IMG/VR virus record: IMGVR_UViG_3300035208_004206
Location: 1-64,000 of that record
Direction: 5' to 3' (one strand)
DNA from: a virus
Taxonomy: Duplodnaviria > Caudoviricetes
Length of the DNA: 64,000 nt
Shown: positions 37,133-46,655 of the stretch, piece after piece
Position numbering within the stretch: the first letter of the stretch is position 1
Layout of the letters: the number at the start of each line of letters is the position of its first letter
Notes under the pieces: generated by a model
Told to the model about the DNA's origin: nothing
The model's input: the letters and a program-made list of their open reading frames with translations, nothing else
Databases searched by the model: none
Position numbers and translations under genes: made by a program

Positions 37133-38068
37133 ATGTCCGATATCAAAAATCTAAAACAGGCAATACAGGAAACACTGAAAGAAGAAAGTTCAAAGCCTTC
37201 AAATAATGGTTTTGTTGATTTCAAAACTGTTGTTGAGAAGACGGCAGCAAAGATTTCAAACAAGGGTGCAAACCTTTCTAAGTTGATGCAGGTCTCTAAG
37301 AAGTATGTTCTACCAAAGACAAGCAGTAAACTTGTTGTTGAAGCAAAAGATCGTGAGATGTTTGAAGCTCTCTACCCTGAGACTGGTGGTGATGCTGGGG
37401 TTGGCAAAGGAGAGATCGCTCTCTGGTGGTTGTTTGGTGGAATGGTTGGGTGGGCAAAGAAGGGTGCTGCTGGGGCAGTCGACCTGGAGATCCGTGGTGT
37501 TCCTGTTGAAGTGAAGTCGATCCCCGGACACAACCAGCTAATCCCGATCGGTAAGATCACCGAGGATAAAGAGAACGAACGTCTTCTGTCAATACTCTTT
37601 GGTGTTGATAACCTTGCTTGGGCGTTCCGTGCAGACAGAAAAAAGATGTCGATGAAAACAGACAAGGGTTTCTCTGCTGAAGATATTCGTGACGCTGCTG
37701 AGGTCATGTATGATTTCAATGTAGTCCTTGCATCAGAGGGTGCAAAGCTTGCCAAGAAGTATCAGATCTTTGCTGATATAGCAAACAGCGTTAAACAGTT
37801 CTTCACCATACTTGGAACCACGTCAGACAAGATCGAAGACATCACGGTGAGCATTCTGAAGTCTATCATCACAAAGAAGCTTGAAAAGAAACCTGGAGAC
37901 GGTGGATATATTATCAACCTCAAGGCTGGTCAACCTCTTGACATTGCGGTGTTTAAGATCGACTTTGATCGCATCCCCGACAACTTTACGGCATTCAACA
38001 AACGAATCAACGTTCACTCGATGACTTTATACATTCACCTTGGCGCCCTCTTTGGCGGGGAGAAATAG
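37133..38068 (+). CDS. Late protein with a PD-(D/E)xK nuclease-like core
   Basis: GVGKGEIAL..VDL.I.G..VEVKS; GGAGG SD; N-terminal IQE/LKE. Confidence 0.6.
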   Translation: MSDIKNLKQAIQETLKEESSKPSNNGFVDFKTVVEKTAAKISNKGANLSKLMQVSKKYVLPKTSSKLVVEAKDREMFEALYPETGGDAGVGKGEIALWWLFGGMVGWAKKGAAGAVDLEIRGVPVEVKSIPGHNQLIPIGKITEDKENERLLSILFGVDNLAWAFRADRKKMSMKTDKGFSAEDIRDAAEVMYDFNVVLASEGAKLAKKYQIFADIANSVKQFFTILGTTSDKIEDITVSILKSIITKKLEKKPGDGGYIINLKAGQPLDIAVFKIDFDRIPDNFTAFNKRINVHSMTLYIHLGALFGGEK

Positions 38069-38069
38069 G

Positions 38070-38318
38070 ATGGATCAATACAGAGAAGTTATCGATCAGA
38101 TGTTCGGAGGCATTCATGGCGCAGTTGAGCGTCTTGAAATCATCGATACAGAGCTCAACAGATTCTTTGAATGGCGGAAGATCGTGAGTCTTTACTTCCA
38201 CGACTTCAGAGCTGGAAATTTCAAAGAGCTGATTGAAAACAATCCAGAAACTTTCTTCCTTCTTGCAAGACAGGCAGAACGTATTAAATCAACTCCGACA
38301 AAGTTCAAAAGATCCTAG
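38070..38318 (+). CDS. Hypothetical protein
   Basis: Starts 1 nt after the upstream stop. Confidence 0.6.
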   Translation: MDQYREVIDQMFGGIHGAVERLEIIDTELNRFFEWRKIVSLYFHDFRAGNFKELIENNPETFFLLARQAERIKSTPTKFKRS

Positions 38319-38382
38319 CGAACCCTCTCTCAAGTCAGTAGAATATTCTGTGTATGTAATTCACCACAAGTGGAGACGCCTC

Positions 38383-38889
38383 ATGAACCTTGGTCTAAAC
38401 GATTTCGCAACAACCCCCGAAGACATGCTTGCAGAGATGGGGAAAGATCCCACGGGGAAACCCAAAGACATGGATGAAGAACTTGGTGTTGATTTTTCTT
38501 TAGTTAAACCATTATATGACTATGTTCTTATTACATATGAGAAACCCGCTGAAGAGAAAGCCGATGCTGCGATCGCCGAGAAGAGAACGGCTGGTGGTAT
38601 CATCATCCCCGATCGCGATCTTCAGGGCAAGCAGGTTCGCAAAGCGGTTGAGAAAAAGTATCTCATTGCTGAGGTCGTTGCGACCGGTGTTGGCAACTAT
38701 GATATGAATGGAAAGGAACAGCCTTGGCCGTTCAAGATCGGTGACCGGGTCATGGTGCCTCGTCACGGTGGTCTCAACATGCTTTCACGGAAAGACCTCA
38801 AGCTGTATCGTGTGATCCGCGCCAAAGAGATCATCATGGTCCTTGGCGAACAGGATAAGACGTCTGGTGAAATAACAACGGAAGAGTAA
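38383..38889 (+). CDS. groES: GroES/Cpn10 co-chaperonin with N-terminal extension
   Basis: KPLYDYVLI, RTAGGIIIP, AEVVATG.G, KIGDRVM, R.KEII.V. Confidence 0.88.
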   Translation: MNLGLNDFATTPEDMLAEMGKDPTGKPKDMDEELGVDFSLVKPLYDYVLITYEKPAEEKADAAIAEKRTAGGIIIPDRDLQGKQVRKAVEKKYLIAEVVATGVGNYDMNGKEQPWPFKIGDRVMVPRHGGLNMLSRKDLKLYRVIRAKEIIMVLGEQDKTSGEITTEE

Positions 38890-39305
38890 TGGAGGAAGAG
38901 ATGAGTGAAAGCATGAAGTTGAAGTTTGAACAGGATGATTCTTTCAAAGCAGAACAAAAAATCGATGGGTCCGTGAAGCGTTGGCTAGATTTCAAAAATG
39001 GCACGTTGACCTTCTCGGTCGAGGGCTTTGTCACCACGATCAAGAATATTATCGAGCTTGATGCAACGGTTGCTCAGCTTGATGAGTTTGTCAGTCGTGT
39101 GTCGGTCAAGGCCAAGAGCGTCAGTCACGGTAAGATGGCTGCTCCGATAAAGATCCACGGTATCCTTGACGAGTCTCTGTTCCTCACGTATGACGAAGAG
39201 AAGCAGCAGGAGAAGATCGCTTCCAAGAAAGAAGCTTTCAAACTGAAGCGTGCTGATTCGTCTCGCAAGTGTCGTGGTGCTGGCAAGGCGCTCGGGGAGG
39301 AGTAA
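38889..39305 (+). CDS. Hypothetical protein
   Basis: TAATG overlap. Confidence 0.65.
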   Translation: MEEEMSESMKLKFEQDDSFKAEQKIDGSVKRWLDFKNGTLTFSVEGFVTTIKNIIELDATVAQLDEFVSRVSVKAKSVSHGKMAAPIKIHGILDESLFLTYDEEKQQEKIASKKEAFKLKRADSSRKCRGAGKALGEE

Positions 39306-39749
39306 TTGAAAAAGGACATTAAGACCATTGGCGACTTTGTCGTCGAACAGCGTGATCTGGATTTTGTGGTCTCCTCTGCGAGACATAAGATCAAACGGAT
39401 GGTGATACCAAGGGATGCTCGTATAAGTGCGGCATATGACGCCGAGGACATCAAGGTGATGACCAAAGCGATCTCCGATGCTGCACGGATACAACAGGGC
39501 GGGAAACCGAACCGTGCAGAACGTCGGAAGAATCTGAAGGGTCTTCGATCGCAGGTGAAGAAGATGACTGGACACTCTGCTCCGCTCTCAGTGATCGGGA
39601 AGGGGATCAGAGAAACAGCGAAGACAATACTTGGCAAAAACAAGAAAGATCCGGCGGCACCGCAAGAAGGTGTTGCGACCACAAGTGTGAAAGAAGCAAC
39701 AGAGCAACCTGAAAAGAAGGAGGAGTCAGTTGGAAAAGATTCTCAGTAA
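39306..39749 (+). CDS. Basic hypothetical protein (TTG start)
   Basis: GGAGG SD. Confidence 0.6.
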   Translation: MKKDIKTIGDFVVEQRDLDFVVSSARHKIKRMVIPRDARISAAYDAEDIKVMTKAISDAARIQQGGKPNRAERRKNLKGLRSQVKKMTGHSAPLSVIGKGIRETAKTILGKNKKDPAAPQEGVATTSVKEATEQPEKKEESVGKDSQ

Positions 39750-40497
39750 AGAAGGAAAGGCGATACTCACGGCCGAGGGGATTCAGAACCTTCGTCATGT
39801 TGCAGGTCTTGCGAAGGAATGTATCCTTGAGCGGAATTTCCGGTATCAGACCGAGAGCCGGTCGATCATCGCAGGGTTCGAGTTCAAAGATCTCCCTGAT
39901 GATTTCTTCTTGCCTGTCTATGACACCGCTCTGATGGTCAAGCTCATCAAGGGTCTGACAACGAAGGATGCTCCGATCGAGGTGAGCTATACCGTGAAAG
40001 AGAAACAGTTCGGTCTGTCCGTCCGTCAGCTCTACACTGTCGTGCTCAAGAACCCGAAGACGGGAAAGGAATACATCATCAGCGCGTCTGGTATCAACTG
40101 GGAAGATGCGAAGTGTTCCATCGCCAAGACATACATTGAGAACAAGGGTGCATCGTTCAAACCCAAGGGTGACTTCTTTTCTTTCCAGATCACGGCCGAA
40201 CAGCTTGGTGAACTGATGGGGAATGCTGGGAACATCGGCGCCACCCTGATCAAGGTCATCAACAAGGGCGGGAAGATCATCGCTGAAGCGGTGAACGACA
40301 AGCTCCTTGACGGACCTCGATATGTGGAAGATGTTTGCAAGTCGGAAGGTGGTGAGCTTGAATCCTTCGCCGCCGACTTCGAGAACCTTGAGAAGCTCCC
40401 GCACGATGTTGATTATACGGTTTGTATGAGCGAGGGGGGAGCATGTTTCAGTTCTGCCGATAAAAAGAAATTCGTCATCTTCGGCATCAGAAAGTAA
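39730..40497 (+). CDS. gp45: Probable sliding clamp (T4 gp45-like)
   Basis: Size about 250 aa; ..F.LPVYD...M.KLI.. pattern and C-terminal FVI resemble gp45; the polymerase ends in a clamp-binding-like VSVDECFG. Confidence 0.55.
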   Translation: MEKILSKEGKAILTAEGIQNLRHVAGLAKECILERNFRYQTESRSIIAGFEFKDLPDDFFLPVYDTALMVKLIKGLTTKDAPIEVSYTVKEKQFGLSVRQLYTVVLKNPKTGKEYIISASGINWEDAKCSIAKTYIENKGASFKPKGDFFSFQITAEQLGELMGNAGNIGATLIKVINKGGKIIAEAVNDKLLDGPRYVEDVCKSEGGELESFAADFENLEKLPHDVDYTVCMSEGGACFSSADKKKFVIFGIRK

Positions 40498-40547
40498 GCA
40501 ATCACAAACAGTTGAACTTCGCGGGTTTGGCAACCGACTCGTAAAAT

Positions 40548-40637
40548 AATATGTTGTGGGCTCATATGTGAGAGGTTGCGAACGGCCCGGAGGGGTATCT
40601 GCTGTGTGACGACATGAACACAGCCCCACAACATATT
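40548..40637 (+). ncRNA. Candidate structured RNA, perfect four-way junction
   Basis: P1 40548-60/40625-37 (13 bp), P2 40561-64/40569-72, P3 40573-76/40597-600, P4 40601-07/40618-24; no linker nucleotides. Confidence 0.5.
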
Positions 40638-40659
40638 GTGTATTTTATGGAGGGTGTAG

Positions 40660-41373
40660 ATGGTTAGATTTATTACGATTGATGGGTGTGACAATTCTCT
40701 CAAGACTTCTGTCATCAACAGAATAATCGGTTGGGCGAAGTCTCTTGATCGTCACAATATCAAAGTTCTCAAGTTCCCGTCTGCTGAGATCTTCAAGACA
40801 GATATTGCAAAGCGATTGTTTGGTGACGGCGATGAGACGGCTCGTGGTGAGTTCATCGATCTCATCATCGGTGAAACAGAGCGTGAACTTGGTGCGGTTA
40901 TCAAACAGCGTCAAGAAGATCCTAATTCTATTGATGAGCACGTTCTAATAGATCGTCTGTTCATATCAACCCTTGTTTATCATGGAAGCGGTTACAGTGG
41001 CAACTATGAACTTGAACAGGTCATCACGCAAAAGTATGATGCGATGTTTGAACGTCTTGGTATCCACCCGGGCGATGTTTGGCACTATGTGTCTGTGTAT
41101 CCTCTGAAAACTTGTGACAAGGGCGAGACCGAACCGCTCAAGTTGAAGCTTGATGCGAAGGCTGACTTGTATGTCAAGAAGACCGAGGAAGTTTTGTATG
41201 GTATTATTTCTGGAAAGATCAGAAGTCCATATCTTACAAATATTCAGGAGTTTGTTGAAGGTCGTGAGGAGTACACAAGAAAAACACAGTTGACAGATGA
41301 AGAGCTTGATGTAATTGGAACCGCTCGAGCAAACGAAATCATATACGTTCACTTCTTCGGTCCTGACCTATGA
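40660..41373 (+). CDS. Thymidylate/dNMP kinase-like protein
   Basis: FITIDGCDNSLKTS (atypical P-loop), KFPS, IDR..ISTLVY. Confidence 0.7.
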   Translation: MVRFITIDGCDNSLKTSVINRIIGWAKSLDRHNIKVLKFPSAEIFKTDIAKRLFGDGDETARGEFIDLIIGETERELGAVIKQRQEDPNSIDEHVLIDRLFISTLVYHGSGYSGNYELEQVITQKYDAMFERLGIHPGDVWHYVSVYPLKTCDKGETEPLKLKLDAKADLYVKKTEEVLYGIISGKIRSPYLTNIQEFVEGREEYTRKTQLTDEELDVIGTARANEIIYVHFFGPDL

Positions 41374-41534
41374 TGAAATGGATATATCAACTTTGTTGTG
41401 GGTGGTGGTCAGGACATCATTGGATCCGTGTCTCTGAAGATTTCTTCAAACAGGAAACGGTTCTTCAGTGTACACTGTGTGACAAGATAGAAAAAGTCCC
41501 AGGTATAATTGCGGGCGATCCAAACGCCGAGTAG
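41370..41534 (+). CDS. 54-aa Cys/His protein (not in ORF track)
   Basis: ATGA overlap; LCC..SGHHW..CTLC. Confidence 0.55.
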   Translation: MMKWIYQLCCGWWSGHHWIRVSEDFFKQETVLQCTLCDKIEKVPGIIAGDPNAE

Positions 41535-41561
41535 AATAAATGTTACAAGCTTGAGGTGTTC

Positions 41562-44381
41562 ATGTACGAGGTAAGCTCCCTCCCGAAAGATTTTTCCTAT
41601 ACAAACGCGTTTGTTTCTCGTGGTACTCTCCATGTCGTTGGATATATTTCTTCTGGTGAAAAGATTTTCTGGAAGACCAAATCTTTTCCCGAGCTGAAGG
41701 TTTTCATCCCGACCAAAGGTGAGAACAGGGTTGCGACAAGCTACAAGAAAGGAATACCGCTCCAAGAGAAAAGTTTTTCCTCGATCGGTGAGTATCAGGG
41801 TTTTATGAAGGATAACCGGGACATATCGGGATTGCGAGTCTTTGGTGATGCTCCGGCTGAATATCTTTGGCTTTCTGCCAACGTTCCCAATGATGCTAAG
41901 CCACCGTTCCAGTTCCTCAACATCGGGTTCATTGATATTGAGACCTCGATCGGTAAGTCGTCACCCGAACCTGAGAAGGCTGAGCAACCAGTTAACGCGA
42001 TAACAACTTATTACACAAGGTCCAAGAAGTATTACATCCAGTCGTTGCGCGATCTTTCTGAAACAGAACGGATGAGTCTCCTCAAGAAAGTCCGGGCAAA
42101 GCTTGAACCTGGTGAAACGGTTGAAGTGTTTGAATATGCCGGCAGCGAAGCTGCAATGTTCGAAGACCTCTTCAGAATATGTCATGAGGTCGAGGGTGCT
42201 GATATTCTTTCGGGTTGGTACTCGGATGGGTTTGACTTTCCGTATCTCTACTTCCGCATTCTTCGGGTGATGGGAGAAGAGTGGGTCGGAATGTTCAGCC
42301 CGTTCGGTTCTGGTCATGCTCGTGATTACATGAAAGAAGATCGCAACGGAAAGCTTCGCCCGAAGATCTCGGTCAACGGTATCGAGCTGATCGACTATAT
42401 GGATGCGTTCAAGAAGTATGCGAATGAGGTACTTGAGTCTTATGCTCTTGATGCCGTCGCGATGCACATCATCAAGGAAGGCAAAGAGAAATCGGGTAAA
42501 ACGCTCCGCGAGCTTGAAGAAGGTTCATGGGATGATTACCTCTACTACAACTTCACCGATGTTCGGATCATGAAGAAGATAGATGAGAGCAGGAAGGGTC
42601 ATCTTATCAATCTTATGGTGATGATCGCCTACAGTGCTCGCATGAACTTCTCTGATCCCTTCAGTCCCACAAAGCAGTGGGAGTGTTTGCTCCGCAATGA
42701 ACTGAGCCCAAAGAACGTTGTCCTGGATCCCAGGGTTCGTTCCCAGCGAGCGAAGTTCCCCGGTGCATACGTTCACACACCAGAACCAGGGGTGCACGGC
42801 TGGACGATGACATTCGACTACAACTCCGAGTATCCCAAAGTCATCATGGGTTGGTGCATTGACCCGAGCAACCTGCTCGAAGATGATGAAGTGCTCGCGG
42901 CTTTCAAAGATGACGAAATCGCGTTGTCGTGTGTTGAGAACATTATCCGCCGTCGTGACGAGATGCCGACAGAATGGCCGGATGAAGATGCTGAAGCTTT
43001 CGGCAGAGCATGGGATGAAGGTCTGCTCGATGTGTTTGCAGAACCCAACGGGTTCTTCGATCTGAAGTTCTTGAAGGGTACCAACATTTGTGTGACACCT
43101 TCTGGTGACTTCTTCATCAAAGATCCTGAAGCACCGATACCCAAACTGATGCGGGTCAACTATGATGGTCGTCGTCTTGATAAGAAAGAGAGTCTCAAGT
43201 TTTCCGCGGCAGCTGAAAAAGAAAAAGATGCCGCGAAACGTGAGGAGCTCAAGTTCAAAGCCAAGGTCATGGACCTTCAACAAAATGCCAAGAAGGTCGT
43301 CCTCAATGCAGGATACGGTGCCTTTGGTTCTCCCAACTTCCGGTTCTTTGATGTTCGTATTGCACGGTCAGTCACGATGTGTGGTCGGTTCGCGATCAGA
43401 ACGGTCGGCAAGCATCTTGACATTCGGCTCAACGATTGGCTTGAGCAGAAAGCGAAAGAGCTTGAGGTGGGGTTTAAGTATCGTAAACGGATGATCTATT
43501 CAGACACAGACTCCACCATGCTTGATGTTGATTCGGTCGCAATGATCCTTGCTGCCGAAGCAGGTATTGACTTCAGAGCACCGGAGAATGCCGATGCTGT
43601 GTGTGACTTGCTCGACAAGTTTGCAGCCGAGGTCGTTCAGCCTTGGGTCGATGAGCATGCTGCTTGGGTTGCAGATCTTTTCAACGCCTTCAAGTGTCTT
43701 GAGATGAAGCGTGAGAAGATCGCCGACTCTGCTCTGTGGACCTTGGCAAAGAAACATTATGCCATGCACGTCATCGATTCTGAAGGTGTGAGATACACCA
43801 AAGAGTCTGAGCGTCGGAAGCTAAAAGGCGGGAACTTTGTCGGCACGAAGTCTCCGCTGTTCTGTAGAGAGGAGATCAAGGAGTTCACCTTCGCCATGCT
43901 TCAGTTGTGGAGAGAAGCCGGTGGACGGTTCAACCCTGGTGTGGTCGATCAGCTCAGGGCCAAGGTTGAAGAAGTTTATCAACGCTTCATATTGAAAGAA
44001 CCCCATGAGGTCGCGTCAGTCACATCGGTCAACACGATCGGAAAGACGACAGCAGATCAGAAGGGGGCAACGTGGTCGGCCAAAGCCGCGATCGCACACA
44101 ACAATTACATCGAAGAAGCAGGGTTGATACAAGAAGGTTGGGCGCCGATACACGATGGAGACAAGGTGAAGATCGTTCCTCTTCGTGGTGGTAACGGTCT
44201 GAAGGTGTCGCAGTTCGCTTTCATCAGTCAGCTTCCGGCAGGTATTCCGAGAGAGTGGATCGACTATGATCTATTGTTCCAAAAGAACTGGCTCACGGCG
44301 ATGGATGAGATGGTCAAACAAGTTGCTGGTGTTTCAATCGATAGGAATGGAACAGTCAGCGTTGATGAGTGTTTTGGATAG
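41562..44381 (+). CDS. gp43: Family B DNA polymerase (T4 gp43-like)
   Basis: Exo DIETS, FDFPY, YN..DV; pol motifs DYNSEYP, K..LNAGYGA.G, YSDTDS, KKHYA. Confidence 0.95.
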   Translation: MYEVSSLPKDFSYTNAFVSRGTLHVVGYISSGEKIFWKTKSFPELKVFIPTKGENRVATSYKKGIPLQEKSFSSIGEYQGFMKDNRDISGLRVFGDAPAEYLWLSANVPNDAKPPFQFLNIGFIDIETSIGKSSPEPEKAEQPVNAITTYYTRSKKYYIQSLRDLSETERMSLLKKVRAKLEPGETVEVFEYAGSEAAMFEDLFRICHEVEGADILSGWYSDGFDFPYLYFRILRVMGEEWVGMFSPFGSGHARDYMKEDRNGKLRPKISVNGIELIDYMDAFKKYANEVLESYALDAVAMHIIKEGKEKSGKTLRELEEGSWDDYLYYNFTDVRIMKKIDESRKGHLINLMVMIAYSARMNFSDPFSPTKQWECLLRNELSPKNVVLDPRVRSQRAKFPGAYVHTPEPGVHGWTMTFDYNSEYPKVIMGWCIDPSNLLEDDEVLAAFKDDEIALSCVENIIRRRDEMPTEWPDEDAEAFGRAWDEGLLDVFAEPNGFFDLKFLKGTNICVTPSGDFFIKDPEAPIPKLMRVNYDGRRLDKKESLKFSAAAEKEKDAAKREELKFKAKVMDLQQNAKKVVLNAGYGAFGSPNFRFFDVRIARSVTMCGRFAIRTVGKHLDIRLNDWLEQKAKELEVGFKYRKRMIYSDTDSTMLDVDSVAMILAAEAGIDFRAPENADAVCDLLDKFAAEVVQPWVDEHAAWVADLFNAFKCLEMKREKIADSALWTLAKKHYAMHVIDSEGVRYTKESERRKLKGGNFVGTKSPLFCREEIKEFTFAMLQLWREAGGRFNPGVVDQLRAKVEEVYQRFILKEPHEVASVTSVNTIGKTTADQKGATWSAKAAIAHNNYIEEAGLIQEGWAPIHDGDKVKIVPLRGGNGLKVSQFAFISQLPAGIPREWIDYDLLFQKNWLTAMDEMVKQVAGVSIDRNGTVSVDECFG

Positions 44382-44390
44382 GAGGATGAG

Positions 44391-44702
44391 ATGAAGGTCA
44401 AACGTTTGCTTGAAAAGATGGATGACAACAAGCTGCAGAAAGGGGTTGTCAAACAAGAGGGAATCAGTCAAGAGGTTGAGTATCTGCACACGTCGCTCAA
44501 CACACTCAACAATCTAATCAGTCAGTTGAGAACAAGACTTACTCCCATCCTCGATAACCGACAGGGAGATGGAAACCCCGATGTAGATAAAGCAAGAGAT
44601 GAGCGAGTAAGTCCTCTTGGTGAAGATATTGCAAAAGCAAATGATATGGCAAACAAAGCAATTGACCAGCTTGAAGAAATTTTCAGTGTAATAAAACTTT
44701 AA
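44391..44702 (+). CDS. Hypothetical coiled-coil protein
   Basis: AGGAGG SD. Confidence 0.65.
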   Translation: MKVKRLLEKMDDNKLQKGVVKQEGISQEVEYLHTSLNTLNNLISQLRTRLTPILDNRQGDGNPDVDKARDERVSPLGEDIAKANDMANKAIDQLEEIFSVIKL

Positions 44703-44718
44703 GAGGTCGGAGGAAAGT

Positions 44719-45174
44719 ATGAGAATCACTTTTAAGTATGTTCCTGTTCACGCTGGTCCAAGTAGAGTAGAAGGATTCACCTGGACAGAAGAGGGAATTG
44801 TTTCACTACACGATCAAATCATAAAGATGATACACCAGGGAAATCTTATTGTCACCCCAGACAATGATGATAGAGATCCAATAAAATATACAGAACTTGG
44901 AAGGGTTATGAAAATAAACCTTCTTGATAAAACATTAACAATTGAACCTAACAAAGATTTTCCAACCGACGCAACACCAGAGACATATATTCTTGGTGCT
45001 AGGGTATACCTTGATGAACCGCGTGACAGCGGGCCGATTGGAGCAGATGTTCACCTGCTCAATTTTATTATAAGACCTATAGAATCACAAGATCATTTTT
45101 ATTTGGGATTGGGTATGCAAAAAATGTTACCACCCGAAGGAACAATATTTAATTTGAAAGGGGAGAAGCAATGA
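44719..45174 (+). CDS. Hypothetical protein
   Basis: GGAGG SD. Confidence 0.65.
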   Translation: MRITFKYVPVHAGPSRVEGFTWTEEGIVSLHDQIIKMIHQGNLIVTPDNDDRDPIKYTELGRVMKINLLDKTLTIEPNKDFPTDATPETYILGARVYLDEPRDSGPIGADVHLLNFIIRPIESQDHFYLGLGMQKMLPPEGTIFNLKGEKQ

Positions 45175-45752
45175 AAAAGATTTTGATTGCATTGATGTTC
45201 CTGCTCTTCGTCTTTTCACCGATCAGTCTTCCTGCTGAAGGGTGTTCGAAGCACTGTTGCAAGTATGAAGAGCTTGCAAAGGAACGGATCTATGGGATCC
45301 AATATGGTGAGGCTGCAAGCTTGATGACTCGAGCAAAAGATGCTGGTGATGAGGCGGCGAAGGATGGATCTCGGTGTGCGTATGCTCTCTATCTCATTGC
45401 TGGAAATGCTATTGCTGCCGTCGCAGAAGGAAGTTCAATCATGCTCGAGATGGCATCGCAACGGTATGGTGATGCATATTGGGAAGTACTGCGACACAAG
45501 AATCATGTATCACAAGCGAAGATCGATAAAATCGGTGAGCTCAAGTGGAATTATGCGAAGAAGTTTGCAGACCAGCTTTATACAGATGGGGATGATCTCA
45601 AGCGAGCGGGTGAGGTTTATTGCTGGCTCAGATGTCAACAAGGTTTTGTTTCGGCCGAGTGGTATGAGAAGGTGTCTGCTCAGATAGATCAGAGGATCAA
45701 AGAGACCGAATCTTTTAGTGGGAAGTGTACCCTTCCTGGTGGTCGGATATGA
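45171..45752 (+). CDS. Exported protein with Sec-type signal peptide
   Basis: MKKILIALMFLLFVFSPISLPA. Confidence 0.7.
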   Translation: MKKILIALMFLLFVFSPISLPAEGCSKHCCKYEELAKERIYGIQYGEAASLMTRAKDAGDEAAKDGSRCAYALYLIAGNAIAAVAEGSSIMLEMASQRYGDAYWEVLRHKNHVSQAKIDKIGELKWNYAKKFADQLYTDGDDLKRAGEVYCWLRCQQGFVSAEWYEKVSAQIDQRIKETESFSGKCTLPGGRI

Positions 45753-45946
45753 TCAATAAAGAAGTTAAGGATATGTCTACCGCAGAACTTCTTGTTTATC
45801 GAACACATGGGAAACAAGAAGCTTTTGTAATTGATGTTCATCAAGATCGGTTTCCTCCCGAACAAGAAGCATGGTTGACACACGGTAAGAAGTGGATCAA
45901 AGAAATCGAAGCTGAGCTTGATAAACGAGGAGTCTCTTACAAGTAG
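45749..45946 (+). CDS. Hypothetical protein
   Basis: ATGA overlap. Confidence 0.55.
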   Translation: MINKEVKDMSTAELLVYRTHGKQEAFVIDVHQDRFPPEQEAWLTHGKKWIKEIEAELDKRGVSYK

Positions 45947-45990
45947 ATCTTAAATACTTCTTTCTTTGACAATCTACGAGGTGATTAGCC

Positions 45991-46647
45991 ATGAGAGCAT
46001 CAACCCTCATGACCCTTCTCTTCGCGGTGACAACCATTGTTGTTTTTGCGAAAATTGATTTGAAGAGCGACACTGAACCTCCGGGTATTCGAGTAGGACA
46101 AGAAGTGTGTGAAGCGTTCCCCTGGGATCCTAGGTTCCTCCCTGTCAGTCAAAATGTTGTAAGGGTACACCAACCACCTATCAAACTGCACGAGGACGTC
46201 CAGGTTCCCCGAGCAGATGTTCCCAGCGGTAGAGGAATGCCGTTCTATGGTGAAGCAAGAGACACAGCCGATACCATCAGAACATATTTCCTTCAAACCG
46301 AGTATGCCCCGGTCGCGGACTACATTGTTGCAATATCAATACAGGAAACTGGGTGGTGGAGATCAAAGTTCCATCAAGAGAGGCAGAACTACTTCAGCAC
46401 GAAGATGAAACCCGACGGGGTGAACTGTATAAATGGAGAACGAAACTGTTTGACGACACATGCAAATGTTTTTGAATCGTGCGCATATGTTCTTAAGGGC
46501 GTGTTCAGAAAACGCCACTATGCAAAAGACCCCGAAGGATTTCTCAATGACCTTGGAAGAAAAGGATATGCAAGAGATGTGACCCACGCTGATAATGTTC
46601 GAGACATTGCAAAGCGAGTTACCGCGACCTTCAGAAAAAGACCGTAA
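45991..46647 (+). CDS. N-anchored glucosaminidase/muramidase (GH73-like)
   Basis: AISIQETGW..S..NYF..K; YA.DP; GYARD; TM N-terminus; TAAATA at 45951. Confidence 0.7.
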   Translation: MRASTLMTLLFAVTTIVVFAKIDLKSDTEPPGIRVGQEVCEAFPWDPRFLPVSQNVVRVHQPPIKLHEDVQVPRADVPSGRGMPFYGEARDTADTIRTYFLQTEYAPVADYIVAISIQETGWWRSKFHQERQNYFSTKMKPDGVNCINGERNCLTTHANVFESCAYVLKGVFRKRHYAKDPEGFLNDLGRKGYARDVTHADNVRDIAKRVTATFRKRP

Positions 46648-46655
46648 AATATTTT

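Noticed and set aside
40583-40597. CCC-GGAG-GGG hairpin resembling SRP RNA helix 8
   Set aside because: Lacks the CAGG/AGCA internal loop and the GNRA loop of SRP RNA
39607-40629. 340-aa minus-strand ORF, and similar long antisense ORFs (24655-25467, 42525-43283, 48509-49249, 23948-24595)
   Set aside because: They mirror well-supported + strand genes, lack SD sites and recognisable motifs, and are best explained as shadow frames from codon bias
25939-44381. Inteins or group I introns in the helicase, nrdD, ligase or polymerase
   Set aside because: Protein lengths are normal, motifs are contiguous, and no C/S...HN splice junctions or LAGLIDADG blocks were seen
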